Shown: positions 27,885 to 32,000 of the stretch, piece after piece
How the letters are laid out: each line of letters begins with the position of its first letter
Numbering within the stretch: the stretch's first letter is position 1
Source: Pseudomonas aeruginosa
GTDB lineage: Bacteria > Pseudomonadota > Gammaproteobacteria > Pseudomonadales > Pseudomonadaceae
Assembly: GCF_001457615.1 (NCBI RefSeq)
Contig: NZ_LN831024.1
Coordinates: forward strand, 6,240,001-6,272,000
Direction: 5' to 3'
Length of the DNA: 32,000 nucleotides
Position numbers and translations under genes: made by a program
Notes under the pieces: model-generated
Told to the model about the DNA's origin: nothing
What the model saw: the letters and a program-made list of their open reading frames with translations, nothing else
Databases searched by the model: none

Positions 27885-29279
27885 TCAGGCCTCCCGCGCG
27901 CCGGGTATGGCGAGCAACTCGCCGAGCGCCTCGTCGAGGCTGGAGAGCAGGCGGTCGACGTCTTCTTCGCGAGTGTCCGGGCAACACAGGGTCATGTTGT
28001 GGAACGGCGTGATGAGGATGCCGCGGTTGATCAGATACAGGTGCAAGGCCATCTGCAGGCTGTCGTGGAACGCCGCCTCGGCGGCCGCGCCGTCGCGTGG
28101 GGGGTGCGGGCAGAACTGGAACTCGCTGCGCGCGCCGAGCTCGGTCACCGACCAGGCCAGGCCGTGCTTGTGGATAATCCTGCGGAAGCCCTCGGCCAGA
28201 CGCGCCGCCAGGGGCAGCATGTGGGCGTAGGCGGCATCGGTCATCACCTCTTCCAGGTTGGCGCGCATACAGCGCATCGCCAGGGCGTTGGCCGACAGCG
28301 TGGTACCCATGCCGCTGTGGCCGTGGCCTTCGCTCTGCTCGCTGGCACGTGCCCTGGCCAGTTGCATGGCGCTGGCCATCGCCGCGCTGCAACCATACAC
28401 CGAGCACGGTACGCCGCCGGCGATCGGCTTGCCGAGGGTGATGAAGTCCGGCTCGAGTTTCCAGGCGCGGGTACAGCCGCCTGGTCCGGTGGAGATGGTG
28501 TGGGTCTCGTCGATGATCAGCAGCGTGCCGTGACGACGGGTCAGCTCGCGCAGCTTCTGGTGGAAGCCGGGTTGCGGCAGGACCATACCGATGTTGGTCA
28601 TCGCCGGCTCGCAGAGCACGGCGGCCACGTCTTCGCTGGCCAGCGCCCGCTCCAGGGCCTGGAGGTCGTTGAACGGCACCGCGCGGCTGAACTGGGTGAG
28701 GTCGTGGGCCTGGCCGAGCAGGCCGGAGCGATGCACGGTGCGGCTGTCGCGGCAGCGAACCAGGGTGTCGTCGACCGTGCCGTGGTAGCAACCGTCGAAT
28801 ACCAGCACCACCTTGCGACCGGTGATCGCACGCGCCCAGCGCAGGACGAAGCGGTTGGCGTCGGTGGCGGTGGTCGCTACCTGCCAGAACGGCAGGCCGA
28901 AGCGCTGCGCCAGCAGCTCGCCGGCGACGATGGCATCCTCCCCCGGAAGCATGGTGGTGAGGCCGTTCGCGCCCTGCTCGGCGAGTGCCCGGGCGATCGG
29001 CGCCGGAGAATGACCGAACATGCTGCCGGTGTCGCCCAGGCAGAAGTCCACGTAGACGTGGCCATCCACATCATGGAAACGCGCGCCGTGGGCACGCTCC
29101 ACGAACAGCGGACAGGGTGTCGACCAATCGCTCATCCAGTGCATCGGCACGCCGTCGAACAACGCACGCCGGGCTCGCTCGGCGAGCGCGACGGACTGTG
29201 GATTTTGCGCAAGGAAACGTTGCTGCTCGCGGGCCATGAAGGTTTCCACGGCGGCTTCGGCGATGCCACTGGCGGTCAT
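27885..29279 (-). CDS. Class III aminotransferase (PLP-dependent)
   Basis: 464 aa from ATG 29279 with upstream GAGGTG; GHSPAPIARALAEQG, DGCYHGTVDDTL, LLIIDETHTISTGPGG, ITLGKPIAGGVP. Confidence 0.9.
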   Translation of the reverse strand: MTASGIAEAAVETFMAREQQRFLAQNPQSVALAERARRALFDGVPMHWMSDWSTPCPLFVERAHGARFHDVDGHVYVDFCLGDTGSMFGHSPAPIARALAEQGANGLTTMLPGEDAIVAGELLAQRFGLPFWQVATTATDANRFVLRWARAITGRKVVLVFDGCYHGTVDDTLVRCRDSRTVHRSGLLGQAHDLTQFSRAVPFNDLQALERALASEDVAAVLCEPAMTNIGMVLPQPGFHQKLRELTRRHGTLLIIDETHTISTGPGGCTRAWKLEPDFITLGKPIAGGVPCSVYGCSAAMASAMQLARARASEQSEGHGHSGMGTTLSANALAMRCMRANLEEVMTDAAYAHMLPLAARLAEGFRRIIHKHGLAWSVTELGARSEFQFCPHPPRDGAAAEAAFHDSLQMALHLYLINRGILITPFHNMTLCCPDTREEDVDRLLSSLDEALGELLAIPGAREA

Positions 29280-29315
29280 TTCGAACACCTCGTTTTTTAT
29301 TTCGCACAACTTTCA

Positions 29316-29329
29316 TTTGTGATCACAAA
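29316..29329. promoter_or_regulatory. Palindromic operator copy 1, candidate GntR/FCD site
   Basis: TTTGTGATCACAAA perfect palindrome in divergent intergenic region. Confidence 0.65.
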
Positions 29330-29379
29330 AAAGTCAATACAGTATTTGAAAGCACTGATAATCTGTTTTCCATGTCAAT

Positions 29380-29393
29380 TTTGTGATCACAAA
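29380..29393. promoter_or_regulatory. Palindromic operator copy 2, candidate GntR/FCD site
   Basis: TTTGTGATCACAAA (extends to TTTTGTGATCACAAAA, 29379-29394), exactly 64 bp from copy 1 and abutting the SDR ATG. Confidence 0.65.
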
Positions 29394-29394
29394 A

Positions 29395-30177
29395 ATGAAC
29401 GATTTTCCGAAGTGGACAGGCCAGGTCGCGCTCATCAGCGGCGCCGGCAGCGAACTCGGTATCGGTTTCGCCATTGCCCGGCGACTGGCCCGCGAAGGCG
29501 TGCGCCTGCTGATCACCGCCAGCAGCGAGCGGATTCGGCAACGAGCGGAGGAACTGAGCGCATGCGGTCACGACGTGCGCGCCGCGAGCGCCGACCTGAC
29601 CGACGAAGCCCAGGTGCAGGGCCTGCTGGACTGGGCCGAAGCCCAGTGGGGACGGGTCGACATCCTGGTGAACAATGCCGGCATGGCCCAGTTGAACAGC
29701 GCGGAACCCTTCAGCGCAGTGGAAGCGACCTCGCTGCGGGATTGGCAACTGTCCCTCTCGCGCAACCTGACCAGCGCTTTCCTGCTCACCCGCGGCCTGC
29801 TGCCGGGCATGCGCGAGCGCGGCTACGGGCGGATCGTCAACGTCGCCTCCACCACCGGAACCCGCGGCAGCAACCCGGGCGAAGCCGCGTATAGCGCGGC
29901 CAAGGCCGGTCTGGTCGGCTGGAGCATGGGCCTGGCGCTGGAGGTGGCGAAGAGCGGCATCACGGTGAACAGCGTCGCGCCGGGCTGGATCGCCACCGCC
30001 TCGAGCACCGCCGAAGAACGCCAGGCCGCCCTGGCCAGCCCCAGCGGACGTGCCGGCCGGCCCGAAGAGGTGGCCGCCGCGGTGGCCTTCCTCGCCTCGC
30101 CCGAAGCCAGCTTCGTCAACGGCGAACTGCTGGTGGTGGATGGCGGCAACTGCCTGATCGAAAACAAACGGAGCTGA
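29395..30177 (+). CDS. Short-chain dehydrogenase/reductase
   Basis: 260 aa; MNDFPKWTGQVALISGAGSELGIGFAIARRLAREG, NNAGMAQLN, YSAAKAGLVGWSMGLALEVA. Confidence 0.88.
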   Translation: MNDFPKWTGQVALISGAGSELGIGFAIARRLAREGVRLLITASSERIRQRAEELSACGHDVRAASADLTDEAQVQGLLDWAEAQWGRVDILVNNAGMAQLNSAEPFSAVEATSLRDWQLSLSRNLTSAFLLTRGLLPGMRERGYGRIVNVASTTGTRGSNPGEAAYSAAKAGLVGWSMGLALEVAKSGITVNSVAPGWIATASSTAEERQAALASPSGRAGRPEEVAAAVAFLASPEASFVNGELLVVDGGNCLIENKRS

Positions 30178-30241
30178 ACATGCGCAACTGCAGCCTGACG
30201 CTTTCCCAGCTTCCGGCGCCACCGGCGACCCGGAGCTGACC

Positions 30242-30922
30242 ATGGCCGAGAATCTCCAGGAACGACTCTACCAACGACTGCGGGAAGACTTGCTGGCCGG
30301 ACGTTTCCAGCCCGGCGAGCGACTGAAGATCCGCGACCTGGCGAACCAGTGGGGCACCAGCCCGATGCCGGTTCGCGCCGCCCTGCAACGGCTGGTGGCG
30401 GAAGGGGCGCTGGAGGGCGAGGCACAACGCTCGCTCAGGGTGCCGCTAATGACCCGCGAGCGTTTCCTGCAGATCCTCCAGGTGCGCCTGTCCCTCGAAG
30501 GGCTGGCGGCCGAAAGCGCCAGCGGCCGGCTGGACGAGCAGGCACTGGAAGGACTCGAAGGTTGTCTGCGGCGAATGGAGGACGCCTTGCGCCGACGCGA
30601 GGTACAGGCCTACCTGGAAGCCAATAGCGAATTCCACCTGACGCTCTACCGCGCCTGCGGCAACCCGGTGCTGCTGCGTCTCATCGAGACGCTCTGGCTA
30701 CAGGTCGGGCCGTTCTTCAACCGGCTGTTCACCGAGGCCGACCTCTCCCTACGTCTGAACGATTTCCACGAGGACGCCCTGGACGCGCTACGCCGCGGCG
30801 ACGGCCCGGCCGCGCGCGCGGCGATCGAACAGGACCTGGCCTACTTCGGTCAGTACCTGCTGAACCTCCTGGAGCTGGAGGCCCGGCCACGAAAGCGACA
30901 CCGTTCCGGCGAGCACGCCTGA
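30242..30922 (+). CDS. GntR-family transcriptional regulator with FCD domain
   Basis: 226 aa; LYQRLREDLLAGRFQPGERLKIRDLANQWGTSPMPVRAALQRLVAEGAL; ANSEFHLTLYRACGNPVLLRLIETLW. Confidence 0.92.
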   Translation: MAENLQERLYQRLREDLLAGRFQPGERLKIRDLANQWGTSPMPVRAALQRLVAEGALEGEAQRSLRVPLMTRERFLQILQVRLSLEGLAAESASGRLDEQALEGLEGCLRRMEDALRRREVQAYLEANSEFHLTLYRACGNPVLLRLIETLWLQVGPFFNRLFTEADLSLRLNDFHEDALDALRRGDGPAARAAIEQDLAYFGQYLLNLLELEARPRKRHRSGEHA

Positions 30923-30938
30923 CGGGAGATAAGCGCCG

Positions 30939-31151
30939 CTACTGCGGGCGAATGGTGCGCACATTGTCCTTCTTGATCAGGATGGTGTCGCCATTCAGCT
31001 GTTCGAACTCGTAGTAGTCATTGTATTTGTCGTAATCCGACTGATCCTTGACCAGGACCTCGCTGCCATCTTGCAAAGTGACCACCGCCTGGTTGGCGCA
31101 ACCCGCCAGGCTGGTCAGCAGCAATGCAGCGAACAGAGCTTTGAACTTCAT
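30939..31151 (-). CDS. Small YgdI/YgdR-like lipoprotein (DUF903 type)
   Basis: 70 aa; MKFKALFAALLLTSLAGCANQAVVTLQDGSEVLVKDQSDYDKYNDYYEFEQLNGDTILIKKDNVRTIRPQ. Confidence 0.85.
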   Translation of the reverse strand: MKFKALFAALLLTSLAGCANQAVVTLQDGSEVLVKDQSDYDKYNDYYEFEQLNGDTILIKKDNVRTIRPQ

Positions 31152-31368
31152 AGAATCTCCACACGGGGCAGCGCACTTGCCTACATCCGGAGCGACAAGT
31201 GCGGAATTGCCCTTGTGACCGTCGCAATCGAGGGAAATTCCTTAGCGCAGCGGCGCTTTGTCGGAGACGAAGCGCCGACGGCGCCGCGCAGGGCCTCCAG
31301 GCAGCCTCGCGCGACGTCGGGAAGTCAGCGGCAAAGGCGCGTTGCAGAGCCTTTGCGGCGGTTCAGGC

Positions 31369-31770
31369 TCAGCTCTCCAGCCAGACGTCGCGAGCCCAGA
31401 CCCACACCGAATCCCAGCTTTCATCGGTGAGGTCGCCATCGGCCCAGAGCACCACCTCGCCGTCCTCCGCCACGCAGTAGTAGCTGCCGTCGTCCTCGCA
31501 AAGCGGGATCAGCTCGCGCGGAACGCCCAGGTCCCAGGCAGTGGCCGCCACTTCGGGCAGATAGGTGTGCGAGTGCGGATCGGTCACGGTCACCGGCTCC
31601 AGGCGGCCGTAGACCACATCGCTGACCAGCAGGAGGAATTCGCGGAACTCGGCGGGAATGCCGATCAGCAGCTCTTCCTCGATTTCCACCAGCAGTTCTT
31701 CTTCCGGCAGTTCCAGGGGCACCGGAACCGGTTCGTTGAGTTCACGCAGTTTTTCGATGACGTCTTCCAC
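31369..31770 (-). CDS. SMI1/KNR4-like family protein (GTG 31770 start proposed)
   Basis: 133 aa; VEDVIEKLRELNEPVPVPLELPEEELLVEIEEELLIGIPAEFREFLLLVSDVVYG...CEDDGSYYCVAEDGEVVLWADGDLTDESWDSVWVWARDVWLES. Confidence 0.65.
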   Translation of the reverse strand: MEDVIEKLRELNEPVPVPLELPEEELLVEIEEELLIGIPAEFREFLLLVSDVVYGRLEPVTVTDPHSHTYLPEVAATAWDLGVPRELIPLCEDDGSYYCVAEDGEVVLWADGDLTDESWDSVWVWARDVWLES

Positions 31771-31895
31771 GACAGGCTCTCTCGCAACGGGTGGCGCGCT
31801 TTTTATACAGTAGCCGCACCGAGCGCAAGACAAGTGTCGCGGCTGGCCTTCGGCCATGGCGCCGGACGAATGGTCGGTCAACCCGCCAACGGAGA

Positions 31896-31932
31896 TGAAA
31901 AAACCCCCGTTCCCTGGCGGAAGCGGGGGGTT
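31896..31932 (-). terminator. Rho-independent terminator for a minus-strand gene entering from beyond the window
   Basis: Minus strand AACCCCCCG ... CGGGGGTTTTTTCATC; GC-rich stem followed by T run. Confidence 0.75.
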
Positions 31933-31966
31933 CGGCGGCCCCCGAAGGGACCGCAACCACTCGGGA

Positions 31967-32000
31967 TCAGTTCTGCCGGATACCGGCCACCAGCCATGGC
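31967..32000 (-). CDS. Possible C-terminal end (...PWLVAGIRQN*) of a minus-strand gene extending past the window
   Basis: Open reading of 10 codons ending in TGA at 31967-31969, about 35 nt before a terminator; too short to identify. Confidence 0.3.
   Translation of the reverse strand, partial: PWLVAGIRQN

Larger units (their letters stand above)
25015..28177. other. Cluster of DnaA-box nonamers
   Basis: Exact TTATCCACA at 25015-25023(+), 25793-25801(-), 26312-26320(+), 27496-27504(-), 28169-28177(-); TTTTCCACA at 25619-25627(+) and 26141-26149(+). Confidence 0.6.

Noticed and set aside
29316-29393. TTTGTGATCACAAA as CRP/Vfr sites
   Set aside because: Vfr/CRP sites have TGTGA-N6-TCACA spacing; here TGTGATCACA is contiguous without the 6-bp spacer, so the GntR/FCD explanation is preferred.
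27777-29894. 705-aa plus-strand ORF
   Set aside because: Antisense to the GS-like and aminotransferase genes, then out of frame with the SDR gene; shadow ORF.
1-32000. CRISPR arrays, transposases, integrases, toxin-antitoxin or known anti-phage operons
   Set aside because: No regularly spaced repeats and no such protein signatures seen in the supported reading frames; the acyltransferase is the only apparent accessory candidate.

Overview
The window looks like a Pseudomonas aeruginosa core-chromosome segment. Gene content and order match my memory of the PA5497-PA5528 interval of PAO1; no search was run. Left to right: 5'-part of class II ribonucleotide reductase nrdJa (-); the zinc module znuA(-) / zur-znuC-znuB(+); a small lipoprotein; metN-metI-metQ ABC uptake genes; an RpiR-type regulator followed by cysteine hydrolase, glutamine-synthetase-like protein, N-formylglutamate amidohydrolase-like protein and APC transporter; mifR/mifS sigma54-dependent two-component system (-); alpha/beta hydrolase and an OXA-50-type class D beta-lactamase; DUF3301 protein; pdxY; an acyltransferase-3 membrane protein that may be strain-variable; YqaA/DedA-like protein and KefB-like antiporter (-); thioesterase; TPR-like protein; SDR, second glutamine-synthetase-like enzyme and class III aminotransferase (-), divergent from SDR and GntR/FCD regulator; small YgdI/YgdR-like lipoprotein; SMI1/KNR4-like protein. 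I see no CRISPR array, rRNA/tRNA, prophage or convincing new defence system. The observations most worth a second look are: (i) a strong excess of exact DnaA-box nonamers TTATCCACA, with a dense cluster at 25.0-28.2 kb; (ii) a 29-codon leader ORF whose stop overlaps the metN start; (iii) twin TTTGTGATCACAAA palindromes 64 bp apart in the SDR/aminotransferase divergent region; (iv) a TGTAGTGAA/TTCACTACA inverted pair upstream of the RpiR regulator; (v) the lower-GC acyltransferase whose stop codon overlaps its convergent neighbour's; (vi) an orphan terminator-like hairpin at 24.13 kb; (vii) paired NrdR-like boxes and a Zur box. Long antisense ORFs in the track are high-GC shadow frames and are rejected.
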